The position numbers and the translations under genes were made by a program. Positions 20,001 through 29,983 of a DNA stretch of 64,000 bases are shown here, one piece after another (positions within the stretch are counted from its first letter, which is position 1; every line of letters begins with the position of its first letter). Under the pieces are notes generated by a model. It saw only the letters and a list, made by a program, of their open reading frames with translations, ran no database searches and was not told where the DNA came from. This DNA comes from Lysobacterales bacterium 63-13 (GTDB lineage: Bacteria > Pseudomonadota > Gammaproteobacteria > Xanthomonadales > Rhodanobacteraceae): positions 6,456 through 70,455 of the forward strand of contig MKWR01000022.1 in the NCBI GenBank assembly GCA_001899855.1, read 5' to 3'.

Positions 20001-20668
20001 TTCTCGGCGCGGCCCTCGAACGGCGGCAAGGCGACATGCACGATGCGGCCATCCGTCTCGCGCACGTCGAGGCCGAGGTCGGTGCCGATCCAAAGGCGTC
20101 CCGACGCATCCGCGGCAAGGCTGATCACGGTCGTCGAACGCAGGCTGTCGGGGCGCTCCGGATCGTGCTCGATGCGCTCGAAGCTGCCGTCCTCGCGCAG
20201 GCGATTGAGGCCGCCGAGGTAGGTGCCGACCCAGATCGTCCCGGTGCTGTCTTCGGCGATCGTGAACAAGGTGTCGCTGCTCAGGCTGTGCGCATCGGCG
20301 GGGTCATGCCGGTAGCGGCGGAAGCGGCCGTCGGCCAGCAGCTCGTTGAGTCCACCGGCCTCGCCGCCGCACCAGACGCGTCCGCCGCGGTCGATCAACA
20401 GCGCCGACACGTCATTGCTGGCCAGCGAGGAAGCGTCATCCGGATCATGCCGCCAGACGCGGAAATCCACGCCGTCGTAACGCGCCAGGCCATCACGCGT
20501 ACCAACCCAGATGAAACCATCGCTGCCCTGGCGCAAGGCGTAGACGCCGCTGGAGGGCAGGCCATCGGCGACGCGCAGCAATTCGAACCACGGTTCCGCC
20601 GGTGGCGGTCCGGCGCAGGCGCACATCGACAGAAAGAAGATTGCGAAGAAGATCCCGCTTCGTCCCAT
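17033..20668 (-). CDS. Hybrid sensor kinase with periplasmic beta-propeller (Reg_prop) and Y_Y_Y domains
   Basis: Repeated G.IWVGT/GRLWIGT motifs, LPSGSYRLQVRAAN, SHEIRTPMTGV, GGSGLGLSI, C-terminal receiver. Confidence 0.92.
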   Translation of the reverse strand: MGRSGIFFAIFFLSMCACAGPPPAEPWFELLRVADGLPSSGVYALRQGSDGFIWVGTRDGLARYDGVDFRVWRHDPDDASSLASNDVSALLIDRGGRVWCGGEAGGLNELLADGRFRRYRHDPADAHSLSSDTLFTIAEDSTGTIWVGTYLGGLNRLREDGSFERIEHDPERPDSLRSTTVISLAADASGRLWIGTDLGLDVRETDGRIVHVALPPFEGRAENLSIGSLRAQDDGSMLVGTDFGVARVAADLHAVEGIVDLPSRMPTMAMTSAAADRYWIGTTGGLLHLTGSEQHRYGGSDALPGELPSARVMDVLRDREGGLWVAMFDAGIARLPARWKNFAVWRHRPGQANSLLHTQTEAISVAADGGIWVSSGRDGIDRIDGDTGAVERHGARLQAGGSQLRAMLQIGQQLWVGHQRGIRRYDLDAARMLELPVAADSAQALPRGYVNRLARAADGSLWASLRGGGMARIDAATAAIRSWSVALGTLGNADISDLTFDATAQPWISTAAGLERYNATQARFEAVPGAPVGAIDALAFDGAQALWVHRLGALEEYAWKDGQLSLLKHLSGAEGWPAMQVSALHVAADHSVWAASQRGLWRIDARNGRIRQFSERDGLPSAELIGDFAVAGDGTIYASSRAGVFAFDPAAISLDSPAPPLQLTAMSIRREGSRIELDASQPIALQHGDQDLSVQARVLSFLNPGGNQYRFKLEGFDSDWVETGARGERVFSQLPSGSYRLQVRAANADGVWSPTTVEIPIEVAAAAWLTPWAFSGYLMMAVLLVWLAFRAWRDRVDQRHSMALAEEQRRTAEQLAEAKSAFLAHMSHEIRTPMTGVLGMAELLRGTQLDERQRGYAEAISRSGDLMLRLVNDSLDLARMEAGKFQLDHRPLQPASLLREVIELEEPLARKKGLALRSEIDATAPAWVVGDALRIKQVLFNLVNNAIKFTERGQIALALTGCGDAGIRFTISDTGPGMSADMRERLFGRFEQSSELARRFGGSGLGLSICHELVELMGGRITVESAPGEGSRFTVELPLQAPAGEPIERRSRPRHAASSKAAIEPTAAPGAAGIAHIVVVEDDPTIAAVICGMLEAGGHRHSHAAHGLAALAMLNEAGVDLALVDLDLPGIDGLQLTRLVREREHESGRHLPIIAITARATGDEEAQAREAGMDGFLRKPIKAAVLEATLEPWLARSRLRRTPGDDAIPAA

Positions 20669-20757
20669 GCTGCGTTCCCTCCCAGGTACGCGGCGATGGT
20701 GCCACGTGCCGCGCCCGGGCGACCAGCCATGCGCGTGCTCACGCTAGAATCCGGCGC

Positions 20758-22266
20758 ATGCCGCAATCCCGCCTGCCCCTGCGCCTGATCCTGCTTGGCT
20801 TGCTCGCCATCGCCGTGGTCGTCGTCATCTGGCTGGCCATCGGCATGATCAACGGCCTGCTCGAGTTCCACGAACGCCTGCTCGGCTTGCCCATGCTGGT
20901 GCGCGTGCCGCTGATCGTGCTGGTTGCCGCCGCCTGCGCCGGGCTCGCCTGGCTGGCCTGGAAGCTGTTGCGGCCGACGCGGCGAGGTGCGCGACCAGGC
21001 GGCAAGCCGCTCGTCGCGGATCGGCAAACCATCGAGACGCGAGTCGCCGACCTCGCCGCACGCAACGCCGATGTGGCCAGCCTCGAGGAGGAATTGATCG
21101 AGCTCGACCGCCGCCGCCTCAGCGGCGAATGCCATGTCGCCGTGTTCGGCGAGATCAGTACCGGCAAGTCGAGCCTGATCCGCAGCCTGGCCAGCGCGGC
21201 AGCACCCGAGGTCGATGTGCTCGGCGGCACCACGCGCTGGATCAGGCACTACCGCGGCAGCTTGCCCGACGGACGCGAGCTGATGCTGGCCGACATGCCC
21301 GGCACCGGCGAGGTTGCCGGCAGCCAGCGCGAGCAACTGGCGCGCGACGAGGCGTTGCGCGCGCACGCCGTGATCTATGTCGTCGCCTCGGACCTGACCC
21401 GCGCCCAGGATGCCGAATTGCGCTGGCTGGCGGATTTCGGCAAGCCGCTGATCCTCGCCCTGAACAAGCTCGACCAGTTCGACGAAGCTGCGCGCGCAAC
21501 CTTGCTCGATGCCTTTGCCGAGCGCTATGCCGGCGTCTGCCGGGCCATCGTCGGCATCAGCGCGGGCGGCAGCGAACGCTTCGATCGCCGCCTGCCAGAC
21601 GGTCGCATCGAACAGGTCACGCGCGAGCGCCGCGCGGAGGTCGACGACCTCCTCGATGCCCTGATGGCCGTCACCGCCGGCGGCGCGGCAACGCTGGAAG
21701 CAGGTCGCCAGGCGGCGGTGCTGGCGCATGTCGACCAGCGCAGCCAGCACCTCGCCCGCGACGTCGCCGAACGCGAGGCCGAATTGACCGTCGTCCGCTA
21801 CACGCGCCGCGCCGTGATCGGGGCCATGGCCGCGGTTGCCCCGGGCAGCGACATCATCATCCAGGGCGCGCTGGGCACGGCCATGGTGCGCGAACTCGCA
21901 CGCATCCACGATGTGCCGGTGCGCGAACTCGATGTCGAGAACCTGCTCGCCCGCCTTGGCCTGACCCTGCGCAACACGACGGCCATCGTGCTGGCCATTG
22001 CCGGCAATGCGCTGAAGGCCTTCCCGGGGCTGGGCACGCTGGGCGGCGGCGTCCTGCATGCCATTGCCTATGGCCTGGCGTTTGATTCACTCGGCCGGGC
22101 CATTGCCCAGACCCTCGCCGCACACGCGCGCCTCGACCAGGCCGAGGCCGAGTCAGCCATGCGCAAGCTGCTCACCGAGCCGAGTCGCGAGCGTGTCGAG
22201 CGCGTCACCCGCGTGGTCATCGACAGCCTGCGCAACCGCGACGCCCGGGCGGCAGGCGACGATTGA
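20758..22266 (+). CDS. Membrane-anchored P-loop GTPase with C-terminal DUF697-like helical region
   Basis: Two N-terminal TM helices; G1 GEISTGKSS, G3 DMPG, G4 NKLD; C-terminal AVAPGSDIIIQGALGTAMVRELARIHD. Confidence 0.75.
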   Translation: MPQSRLPLRLILLGLLAIAVVVVIWLAIGMINGLLEFHERLLGLPMLVRVPLIVLVAAACAGLAWLAWKLLRPTRRGARPGGKPLVADRQTIETRVADLAARNADVASLEEELIELDRRRLSGECHVAVFGEISTGKSSLIRSLASAAAPEVDVLGGTTRWIRHYRGSLPDGRELMLADMPGTGEVAGSQREQLARDEALRAHAVIYVVASDLTRAQDAELRWLADFGKPLILALNKLDQFDEAARATLLDAFAERYAGVCRAIVGISAGGSERFDRRLPDGRIEQVTRERRAEVDDLLDALMAVTAGGAATLEAGRQAAVLAHVDQRSQHLARDVAEREAELTVVRYTRRAVIGAMAAVAPGSDIIIQGALGTAMVRELARIHDVPVRELDVENLLARLGLTLRNTTAIVLAIAGNALKAFPGLGTLGGGVLHAIAYGLAFDSLGRAIAQTLAAHARLDQAEAESAMRKLLTEPSRERVERVTRVVIDSLRNRDARAAGDD

Positions 22267-22337
22267 TCGCCCTGCGCAGACAATCCGTCTCCCAAGCACG
22301 ACTGGCGATGCCGCGACGGATTTGCCAAGCTCGGCAC

Positions 22338-22967
22338 ATGTCGCGCCAAACCCTGGCCTCGGTCACACTCGGTTCCCTGCTTGCACTGGCGGCGAGCGGC
22401 GCGGCGCGGGCGACCGGCGCGCAAACCTGGATCCTCGATCCGGTGCATACGCAGATCGTGTTCTTTGCCGATCACCTCGGTTTCTCGCACGCCATCGGCC
22501 GCCTCAAGGTCAAGCAGGGCTGGTTCACCTTCGACGCCGATGACTGGAGCACGGCGCGCGCCGATGTCGTCATCGACATGACCTCGCTCGACATGGGCGA
22601 TGCCGAGTGGACCGCGAAGGTCGCCGATCGCGCCTTCCTCGATACCGGCAACGCGCCGACGGCACGCTTCCTCGGCAATGCGCTGGAAAGGAAAGCCGCC
22701 GACAGCGGCATCCTGCATGGAGAGCTCTGGCTGCGCGGCGTGCACCACGACGTCGACCTCGCCGTCACCTTCAATCGCCAAGGCACCGATCCGTACGCCT
22801 TCAAGAGCAAGGCCGGCTTCACCGCGACAACCACGCTGGATCGCTTCGACTTCGGCATGAGCACGTTTCGCGATGTCGTCGCCGGCCCGGTCGAGCTGCG
22901 CATCGAGGTCGAGGGAATCCGCAGCAAGCACCAGGAGATCGAAAACGATGCCGATGAAAAGCAGTGA
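22338..22967 (+). CDS. YceI family protein
   Basis: WILDPVHTQIVF, GFTATTTLDRFDFGM, VELRIEVEG; signal peptide. Confidence 0.88.
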   Translation: MSRQTLASVTLGSLLALAASGAARATGAQTWILDPVHTQIVFFADHLGFSHAIGRLKVKQGWFTFDADDWSTARADVVIDMTSLDMGDAEWTAKVADRAFLDTGNAPTARFLGNALERKAADSGILHGELWLRGVHHDVDLAVTFNRQGTDPYAFKSKAGFTATTTLDRFDFGMSTFRDVVAGPVELRIEVEGIRSKHQEIENDADEKQ

Positions 22968-23523
22968 CACGCGATGGGGCAGCGTCATCAAGTGGCTGCA
23001 CTGGCTGATGGCCCTGGGCATCCTCGGCAACGGCGTGCTCGGCCTGGTCATGGTCGACATGTCGCGCGGCATGGACAAGCTCAACACCTTTGCGATCCAC
23101 AAATCGATCGGCCTGACCGTGCTGGCCCTGCTCATCCTGCGCGTTTGCTGGCGCCTGTACGACCGCGCCCCGCGCGACGAGCCGATGCCGCGCTGGCAGA
23201 GCCTTGCCGCGCACGCCACGCACGGCGTGCTCTACCTGTTCATGCTCGCCCTGCCGCTGAGCGGATGGATCTACAACTCGGCCAACGGCAACCCGCTGCA
23301 ATGGTTCAAGCAGTTCAACCTGCCGGCGCTGATGGGCAAGAACGAGGACCTTGCCGAGATCGCCAGCGAGACACACGAGGCCTTGTTCTGGATACTCATC
23401 GTCGTGCTCGTCGCCCACGTTGGCGGCGCCCTTGTCCACCACTGGCTCGAGCGCGACAACACCTTGTTGCGCATGCTGCCGTTCGCGCGCCTGCGTGCGC
23501 GGAAAACCGGAGAAAACCCATGA
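22948..23523 (+). CDS. Cytochrome b561 (CybB-like)
   Basis: WLHWLMA, HKSIGLTVL, HGVLYLFM...PLSGW, HVGGALVHH heme-ligand His motifs. Confidence 0.92.
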   Translation: MPMKSSDTRWGSVIKWLHWLMALGILGNGVLGLVMVDMSRGMDKLNTFAIHKSIGLTVLALLILRVCWRLYDRAPRDEPMPRWQSLAAHATHGVLYLFMLALPLSGWIYNSANGNPLQWFKQFNLPALMGKNEDLAEIASETHEALFWILIVVLVAHVGGALVHHWLERDNTLLRMLPFARLRARKTGENP

Positions 23524-24068
23524 AATCCATCGTTTGCCTGCTTGCCTCGTGCGTTCTCTGCAGTGCCGCGTTTGCCGCCGACTACCAGGTCGAAAAGGGC
23601 AGCACGCTCGGTTTCAGCAGCACGTTCCAGGGTGAAAGATTCAATGGCAGTTTCACCAGGTTCGAAGCGCAGATCCGCTACGACGCGGCCAACATCGAGG
23701 CCTCGAAATTCGATGTCAGCATCGATCTGGCCAGCGCAAGCACCGGCGACAAGGATCGCGACGACACCCTGCCCGGCTCGGAATTCTTCAATGTCGCAAA
23801 GTTCCCGAGTGCGCACTTCGTCACGCGCCAGTTCAAGCGCAACGGCGAGCAGGTCATTGCCGAAGGCACCTTGACGCTGAAGGGCATCGACAAGCCGGTC
23901 GACCTGCAGGTCACCTTCGTGCCGAAGGAGGGCGGCGCCACGCTGGATGTCACGACCGTGCTCAAGCGCCTCGATTTCGACGTCGGCAGCGGCGAGTACG
24001 CGGATACCTCGACCATCGGCAACGAGGTCGAGGTCAAGGCGCACCTCGAACTCGGCGCGAAACCGTAA
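23520..24068 (+). CDS. YceI family protein
   Basis: STLGFS..FQG, FFNVAKFPSAHF, GTLTLKGI, LKRLDFDVG; ATG 23520. Confidence 0.9.
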   Translation: MKSIVCLLASCVLCSAAFAADYQVEKGSTLGFSSTFQGERFNGSFTRFEAQIRYDAANIEASKFDVSIDLASASTGDKDRDDTLPGSEFFNVAKFPSAHFVTRQFKRNGEQVIAEGTLTLKGIDKPVDLQVTFVPKEGGATLDVTTVLKRLDFDVGSGEYADTSTIGNEVEVKAHLELGAKP

Positions 24069-24082
24069 AGGCCCAGCGGCCA

Positions 24083-25456
24083 GTGCATGCGGACGGCAAC
24101 TGGTGGCAGCGCCTGCGCGGGCGCTTCACGCGTTCCGCAGCCGCAGTCGAAACGCGCCCGATGCCGGGCGAGGGCCATCATGGCCAGGCCGAGGAAAGCC
24201 TGCGCGCCCTGCTTGAAGATCCGCAGGTGCCGCAAGCCGTGCGCACCTCGCTGGCGGCCGACTTCGAGCGCCTGGAGGCGATGCTCGGCAAGCTCGAGCG
24301 CGATGAGCTGCATCTGGCCGTGTTTGGTCGCGTCAGCGCCGGCAAGTCGGCGCTGGCCAATGCCCTGCTTGGCGAGAACGCATTCGAAGTCGGCGTCCTG
24401 CATGGCACGACACGCGAAGCGACGCCGCGACGATGGCAGGAAGTCGCCGGCAGTGGCGTGCACCTGATCGACACGCCCGGCATAGACGAGCTCGATGGCG
24501 AGGCCCGCGAACAACTGGCCAACGAGGTTGCCGCGGTCAGCGACCTGGTCGTGTTTGTCGTCGATGGCGACATGACCACGCGTGAGCGCGAGGCACTGGT
24601 GCAGCTCGCGCAGACCGAGCGCCCGCTGCTGCTCGCCTTGAACAAGGCCGATCGCTACGACGACGAGGAACTCGCGCGCCTGCTGGCACGATTGCGCGAA
24701 CACGCGACGTCACTGGTGCAGGCCGAGGATGTCGTCGCGGTCAGCGCGCAACCACCGCCGCTGCGTCGCCTGTCGATCGATGCCGAAGGCCACGAGCAGG
24801 TGGAGATGATCCCGCAAGTGGCCAACATCGATGCCCTGCGCAATCGCCTGATCGAGGTGCTGACCCGCGAGGGGCGGACCCTGGCGGCGCTCAATGCCAG
24901 CCTGTTTGCCGGGCGCCTGACCGACGCCGTGGCCAGGCGCATCGTCCTCGCCCGTCGCGAACTGGCCGCCAAGGTCATCCGCCAGTACTGCATCGCGAAA
25001 AGCATCGCCGTCGCCTTGAATCCGATCCCGGTCGCCGACCTGCTCGCCGCCGGTGCGCTCGATGCGGCGCTGGTCATGCACCTGGCGCGGGTCTACGGGC
25101 TGCCGATCACGCGCCGCGAAGCCGGTGGCCTGATCACCACGATCTGCGCGCAACTGGCTGCGCTGATGGGCGCGATCTGGGGCATCCACCTGGTTGCTTC
25201 GGCACTCAAGGGCATCAGTGCCGGCATGTCGACCGTGCTCACCGCAAGCGCCCAGGGCGCGCTCGCCTGGTACGCCACGGAAATCGTCGGCCGCGCCGCC
25301 GACCGCTATCTGGCCGCCGGAAAATCCTGGGGTGATCTCGGCGCCAAGCGCGTGGTCAGCGACATCGTCGCCAGCCTCGATCGCGACTCGATCCTGCGCG
25401 AGGCCCGCGGTGAAATCCTGCGCCGGCTGCGCAACCGCGATGCGCTGGAACCCTGA
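24083..25456 (+). CDS. P-loop GTPase with C-terminal DUF697-like region
   Basis: G1 GRVSAGKSA, G3 DTPG, G4 NKAD; C-terminal AVALNPIPVADLLAAGALD. Confidence 0.78.
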   Translation: MHADGNWWQRLRGRFTRSAAAVETRPMPGEGHHGQAEESLRALLEDPQVPQAVRTSLAADFERLEAMLGKLERDELHLAVFGRVSAGKSALANALLGENAFEVGVLHGTTREATPRRWQEVAGSGVHLIDTPGIDELDGEAREQLANEVAAVSDLVVFVVDGDMTTREREALVQLAQTERPLLLALNKADRYDDEELARLLARLREHATSLVQAEDVVAVSAQPPPLRRLSIDAEGHEQVEMIPQVANIDALRNRLIEVLTREGRTLAALNASLFAGRLTDAVARRIVLARRELAAKVIRQYCIAKSIAVALNPIPVADLLAAGALDAALVMHLARVYGLPITRREAGGLITTICAQLAALMGAIWGIHLVASALKGISAGMSTVLTASAQGALAWYATEIVGRAADRYLAAGKSWGDLGAKRVVSDIVASLDRDSILREARGEILRRLRNRDALEP

Positions 25457-25481
25457 CAACCCGCGAAGCGGGCACGCGCGC

Positions 25482-25715
25482 TCAGCGCACTGCGTCAAGA
25501 AAGCGGCGGATCGCCGCCACATCGAATGGCCAATCCAGCTCCCGCTCCGAACGCGCATCGTGCAGCACCGGGACGCGGCTGCCGTAGCGCAACTCCAGTG
25601 CCGCATCGTCATCGATCCAGACGCTGGAAAAATCCGGTGCGGCCGACGCCGCAAGCAGGGCGATGGCTTCGTCACACAATTGGCAATCGTCGCGCTGGTA
25701 GAGGATCAGGGACAT
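25482..25715 (-). CDS. Glutaredoxin-like protein (DUF836 type)
   Basis: LYQRDDCQLCDEA, YGSRVPVL, LDWPFD. Confidence 0.85.
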   Translation of the reverse strand: MSLILYQRDDCQLCDEAIALLAASAAPDFSSVWIDDDAALELRYGSRVPVLHDARSERELDWPFDVAAIRRFLDAVR

Positions 25716-25868
25716 CGTCGGCACCCGGCCACGGACAAGGCCCGACAGCATAGCGACCCGGAGCGCTGGCGTTGAAGGTGCAGTGCACGGCAGGTGCCGA
25801 TCCGCCGCCGGGGCCGCTGCGTGCCGGCCAGCGTAGAATCGCGGTTTCCCTCCTGAAAAATCCTGCCC

Positions 25869-27251
25869 ATGGCCGTCAGCGTATTCGACCTGTTCAAGAT
25901 CGGCATTGGTCCATCGTCATCGCACACGGTCGGGCCGATGCGTGCCGCCGCTCGCTTCGTCTCGCGCTGGCTGGATGAAACCGGCATGTTGCCGCGCGTT
26001 GCCGGCATCCGCTGCGAGCTGTTCGGTTCGCTGGCGCTGACCGGTCGCGGCCATGGCACCGACAAGGCGGTGCTCTGCGGGCTCGAGGGATCCATGCCTG
26101 ACAGCATCGATCCGGATTCGATCCCGGCCACGCTGTCGCGGATTCGCGAGAGCGGCCGCATCCGCCTGCACGGCAACCACGAGATCGCCTTCAACGAGAA
26201 GACCGACCTCGTTTTCAACAAGCGCCAGAAGCTGCCCTACCACACCAACGGCATGCGTTTTTCCGCCCACGATGCCGCAGGCAACGAACTCGCCACGCGC
26301 GACTACTACTCGGTTGGCGGCGGTTTCGTCGTCAATGCCGACGAGGCGGCGGACGATCGCATCGTCGCCGACACCACGCCCTTGCCGCATCCCTACCAGA
26401 GTGGCGACGAGTTGCTGGAGATCTGCGCCAGCACCGGCAAGAGCATTGCCCAGGTGGTGCTGGAAAACGAGACCTCCTGGCGCAGCGAGGCCGAGGTCCG
26501 CGCCGGCCTGCTGGCCATCTGGAAGGCGATGCAAAGCTGTGTCGCGCGCGGCATGCGCGAAGGTGGCACCTTGCCCGGCGGCCTGCACGTGCGCCGGCGC
26601 GCCCCCGAACTGCTGGCCGGATTGCACGCCCGGCCCGAGGAAGCCTTGCGCGATCCGCTGACCATCCTCGACTGGGTCAACCTGTACGCACTGGCGGTCA
26701 ACGAGGAAAACGCCGCCGGTGGCCGCGTCGTCACCGCGCCCACCAATGGCGCGGCCGGGATCGTCCCCGCCGTCCTCCATTACTACGAGCGCTTCTGCCC
26801 GACCGCGACCGAGGAAGGCATCCTCGATTTCCTGCTGACCGCCGGCGCGATCGGCATCCTGTACAAGGAAAACGCCTCGATCTCCGGTGCCGAAGTGGGC
26901 TGCCAGGGCGAAGTCGGCGTGGCCTGCTCGATGGCCGCCGGCGGCCTCGTCGCCGCCCTCGGCGGCAGCGTGCTGCAAGTGGAGATGGCTGCCGAGATCG
27001 GCATGGAACACAACCTCGGCCTGACCTGCGATCCCATTGGCGGCCTCGTGCAGATTCCCTGCATCGAACGCAACGCGATGGGCTCGGTCAAGGCCATCAA
27101 CGCCCAGCGCATGGCCATGAAGAGCGACGGCAAGCACCACGTCTCGCTCGACAAGGTGATCAAGACCATGCGCGAAACCGGCCGCGACATGCGCGACAAA
27201 TACAAGGAAACCTCGCGCGGCGGCCTTGCCGTCAACGTCATCGAATGCTGA
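25869..27251 (+). CDS. sdaA: L-serine ammonia-lyase (Fe-S)
   Basis: [59 protein letters not shown]. Confidence 0.97.
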   Translation: MAVSVFDLFKIGIGPSSSHTVGPMRAAARFVSRWLDETGMLPRVAGIRCELFGSLALTGRGHGTDKAVLCGLEGSMPDSIDPDSIPATLSRIRESGRIRLHGNHEIAFNEKTDLVFNKRQKLPYHTNGMRFSAHDAAGNELATRDYYSVGGGFVVNADEAADDRIVADTTPLPHPYQSGDELLEICASTGKSIAQVVLENETSWRSEAEVRAGLLAIWKAMQSCVARGMREGGTLPGGLHVRRRAPELLAGLHARPEEALRDPLTILDWVNLYALAVNEENAAGGRVVTAPTNGAAGIVPAVLHYYERFCPTATEEGILDFLLTAGAIGILYKENASISGAEVGCQGEVGVACSMAAGGLVAALGGSVLQVEMAAEIGMEHNLGLTCDPIGGLVQIPCIERNAMGSVKAINAQRMAMKSDGKHHVSLDKVIKTMRETGRDMRDKYKETSRGGLAVNVIEC

Positions 27252-27303
27252 GGGATTCCGCTGCGGGTTCCGGCCGACAGGCCTAACCTGCCCCGCGCAG
27301 CAC

Positions 27304-27379
27304 TGGTGCCGGCACCCGGATTCGAACTGGGGACCTACCGCTTACAAGGCGGTTGCTCTACCAACTGAGCTATGCCGGC
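27304..27379 (-). tRNA. tRNA-Thr (TGT)
   Basis: GCCGGCATAGCTCAGTTGGTAGAGC..ACCGC-CT-TGT-AA-GCGGT..GTTCGAATCC..TGCCGGCACCA; 76 nt, encoded CCA. Confidence 0.97.
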
Positions 27380-27500
27380 ATGACATGGGGCGCGCATTCT
27401 AGTGGAGTGCCCGTGAAATACCAATGCGCGGGACTTTGGCGTTGTTGACGCCGGGTTCGCCGGCACGGCGGATGCGCTTCGCGATCCGCGCGGCGGCGAC

Positions 27501-28169
27501 TCAGAAACAATCGATCGTGCGTTCCTCGATGCCGTTGCTGTTGGCGACGTGGCTGCGCCAGTCAAAGCCGCTGTCGACATCGCGGGCAAAATCGATCCAG
27601 TACACCGGCAACTCCTCGGTGCGCTGGATCAATTGCGGTTCGAAGCCCATGCCGGCGATTTCCGCCTTGCGCCGCTCGGCATTGGCCTGCTCGCGGAACA
27701 AGCCCAGCGAGATCGTGTTGAGCTGCTCGCCGGCGGTGACCACGTAGTAGTCGCGCACGCCCTTTGCGGAGAGGCGGCGGGCCACGCCGAGGGCGTCCTC
27801 GCGGGTCTTCATGGCGGCGAGGAAAACCCAGAAGCCGCGCGATTGCGTGGCGCGCTCGTCGCGATACTGGATGCGCTTGACCAGGGGCGTCAGCGAATTG
27901 AGGCTGGCGCGCATGTCCGACTGGGTCTGGAACGGCCCGATCGAGGCACAGACATCCGAGCTGCTGGCTGCCGCCGCGGCAGCATCGACTGGCTTCGTCG
28001 GGTTCGCTCCTGCCCGCGCGCCATCGCGCTCGGACAGCAGGACCAGCGCCGGCACGCCGGGATCGGTGATCGCAGGCGTGGGCACGCTGGCGTCCGGTGC
28101 AAACGCGATCCAGAACGCGCCACCGATATTCAACGCCAACAACAGCAGGAACAGGACTCTCGGGAACAT
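27501..28169 (-). CDS. SPOR domain protein
   Basis: N-terminal TM; FWVFL..., DYYVV, ISLGLFREQANAERR; usual position after coaX. Confidence 0.8.
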   Translation of the reverse strand: MFPRVLFLLLLALNIGGAFWIAFAPDASVPTPAITDPGVPALVLLSERDGARAGANPTKPVDAAAAAASSSDVCASIGPFQTQSDMRASLNSLTPLVKRIQYRDERATQSRGFWVFLAAMKTREDALGVARRLSAKGVRDYYVVTAGEQLNTISLGLFREQANAERRKAEIAGMGFEPQLIQRTEELPVYWIDFARDVDSGFDWRSHVANSNGIEERTIDCF

Positions 28170-28253
28170 CCGGACTCGACGGGAAGACAGCGGGCGGGGT
28201 GCAATCCGCGGATTCTAGCCCGGATAAGCTTCCACGATCCGGGCAGCGGCCTG

Positions 28254-28994
28254 CTAGCGATGCCCGCGCTCGGACCACAGGGCCAGTCCGCGCAGCACCA
28301 GGTCCCGGCCACGCTCGACATCGGGAAGCAGCGCAAGCCATTCGTCGAGGCCGCCGCCATCACCGACGACGGCGACCGGCGTGCCGATGCGTTGCGCCAC
28401 CTGGTGGCGGAAGCGCTCGATCAGGGCGACTGTGGAAAGCAGGCAGCCCGACCAGGCGGCGTCGGCGGTGTTGTCGGCGATCTCGACCAGTTCGCCGGCA
28501 TGTTCGCCAACCCGTGCCGTGGCGGTGCCAAGCGAGCGGCGCATCAGTGTCGGCGATGGTGCGATCAGTCCGCCAAGGTGCTGGCCCTCGGCAGTCAGTG
28601 CGTCGAGGGTCAGCGCGGTGCCGCAACTGACCAGGATCTGCGCGCGCGGCGCAGCGGCATGCAGGGCCGCCATGCCGAGGAAGCGATCGACGCCAAGCCG
28701 CTGCGGTTCCGCGTAGGCATTGCGGATGCCCAGCGCCTGCGCCGGACTGCGCACGAATTCCGCGGTCTGCTCGAAATGGCTTTCGAGCAGGCGGGTCAAC
28801 TCCTCTTCCAAGGTGCTCTTGACGACGCTGGCGACGAAAATGGCCGCGGGTTTCGGCAGCGCCGTCCAGTTGTTGCTCAGCGCCGCTTCGAGCGAGGTGT
28901 CGGCATGCGCGAAGACACCGCCCATCGAACGCCGGCCCTGTCCCCAAAGCGCCCACTTCAGGCGCGTGTTGCCGAGGTCGATGAGCAGGTTCAT
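28254..28994 (-). CDS. coaX: Type III pantothenate kinase
   Basis: LLIDLGNTRLKW, LGVDRF, GTALTLD, GGLIAP, DLVLRGL. Confidence 0.93.
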   Translation of the reverse strand: MNLLIDLGNTRLKWALWGQGRRSMGGVFAHADTSLEAALSNNWTALPKPAAIFVASVVKSTLEEELTRLLESHFEQTAEFVRSPAQALGIRNAYAEPQRLGVDRFLGMAALHAAAPRAQILVSCGTALTLDALTAEGQHLGGLIAPSPTLMRRSLGTATARVGEHAGELVEIADNTADAAWSGCLLSTVALIERFRHQVAQRIGTPVAVVGDGGGLDEWLALLPDVERGRDLVLRGLALWSERGHR

Positions 28995-29983
28995 GCGCCC
29001 GCCCCGGAAACCTGCCGCACGCTGATTTCGCCACTGTCCACGAGGTACTCCCCGGTCGCGCCGCGCACCCGCAAGGCACCGCTGCGATCGACGCCGACGG
29101 CGGTTCCCGCGCGCTCGGCAGCGGCGCCGATGACGCGGATCGTCTGTCCCTGCAGGACATCGTGACGCGCGAATTCATCGACGAATGCGGCAAATGTCGC
29201 CTGCTCGAACTCATCCAGCACTTCCAGCAGGCGGCCGAGCAGGCGCGCGGCGAGAACATTGCGCCCGGGCAAGGGCACGCCGGGGATCGATGCAAGGTCG
29301 GTCCAGGCCTGGTCGATCGGCGTGCCCGCCTGCGCATCCAGGCGCAGGTTGAGGCCGATGCCGATGACCGCATGGCACGGCCCGAGCGCATCGCCGCCGA
29401 GTTCGATGAGGATTCCGGCCAGCTTGCGCCCATCCACCTGCACATCGTTTGGCCACTTCAGGCCAAGCCCGCCATAGCCGAGATCGGCGAGCGCGCGGAC
29501 GATGCCGATGCCGATGGCGAGACTCAGCCCGGCCAGCGCCGACATGCTCGAACTGAAGGAGTGGACAACGGAAAATGTCAGGCCGCCGCCAAGCGGCGCA
29601 TGCCAGCTGCGTCCGCGCCGGCCACGCCCGGCCGACTGCAACTCGGCAAAGCAGGCAGTCGTAGCGGACATTCCAGTCTGCGCACGTCGCAGCAATTCGC
29701 TGTTGGTCGAATCGATCTGCCAGAACACCTCGACCGGGCAGGATCGCGCGAAATCCTCGCGCAAGTGGGTGGCGATCCGCTGCTCATCCAGCAATTCGAG
29801 CGGCGCGTCGAGGCGATAGCCGTGGCCGGCCCTGGCCGTGATTGGCGCACCAAAGGCGCGCAGTGCCTTGACCTGTTTCCAGATGGCCGCGCGGGTCACG
29901 CCGAAACGGCTGGCCAGGGCGCTGCCCGAGGTGCCGGGATCCTCGGCAATCGCCTGCAGCAAGTCGCGCAGCTTGACGGTCAC
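28991..29983 (-). CDS. birA: Bifunctional biotin ligase/repressor BirA
   Basis: N-terminal HTH (SGSALASRFGVTRAAIWKQV), QSAGRGRRGRSW, LKWPND, KLAGILIE; GTG 29983 overlaps plsY stop. Confidence 0.95.
   Translation of the reverse strand: MTVKLRDLLQAIAEDPGTSGSALASRFGVTRAAIWKQVKALRAFGAPITARAGHGYRLDAPLELLDEQRIATHLREDFARSCPVEVFWQIDSTNSELLRRAQTGMSATTACFAELQSAGRGRRGRSWHAPLGGGLTFSVVHSFSSSMSALAGLSLAIGIGIVRALADLGYGGLGLKWPNDVQVDGRKLAGILIELGGDALGPCHAVIGIGLNLRLDAQAGTPIDQAWTDLASIPGVPLPGRNVLAARLLGRLLEVLDEFEQATFAAFVDEFARHDVLQGQTIRVIGAAAERAGTAVGVDRSGALRVRGATGEYLVDSGEISVRQVSGAGA

Noticed and set aside
17033-20668. Beta-propeller hybrid kinase as a novelty
   Set aside because: A common architecture in Xanthomonadales and Bacteroidota; nothing unusual seen beyond an unknown ligand.
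27304-27379. tRNA-Thr as a prophage or island attachment site
   Set aside because: No integrase nearby and no duplicated tRNA 3' end noticed; flanks are core genes.
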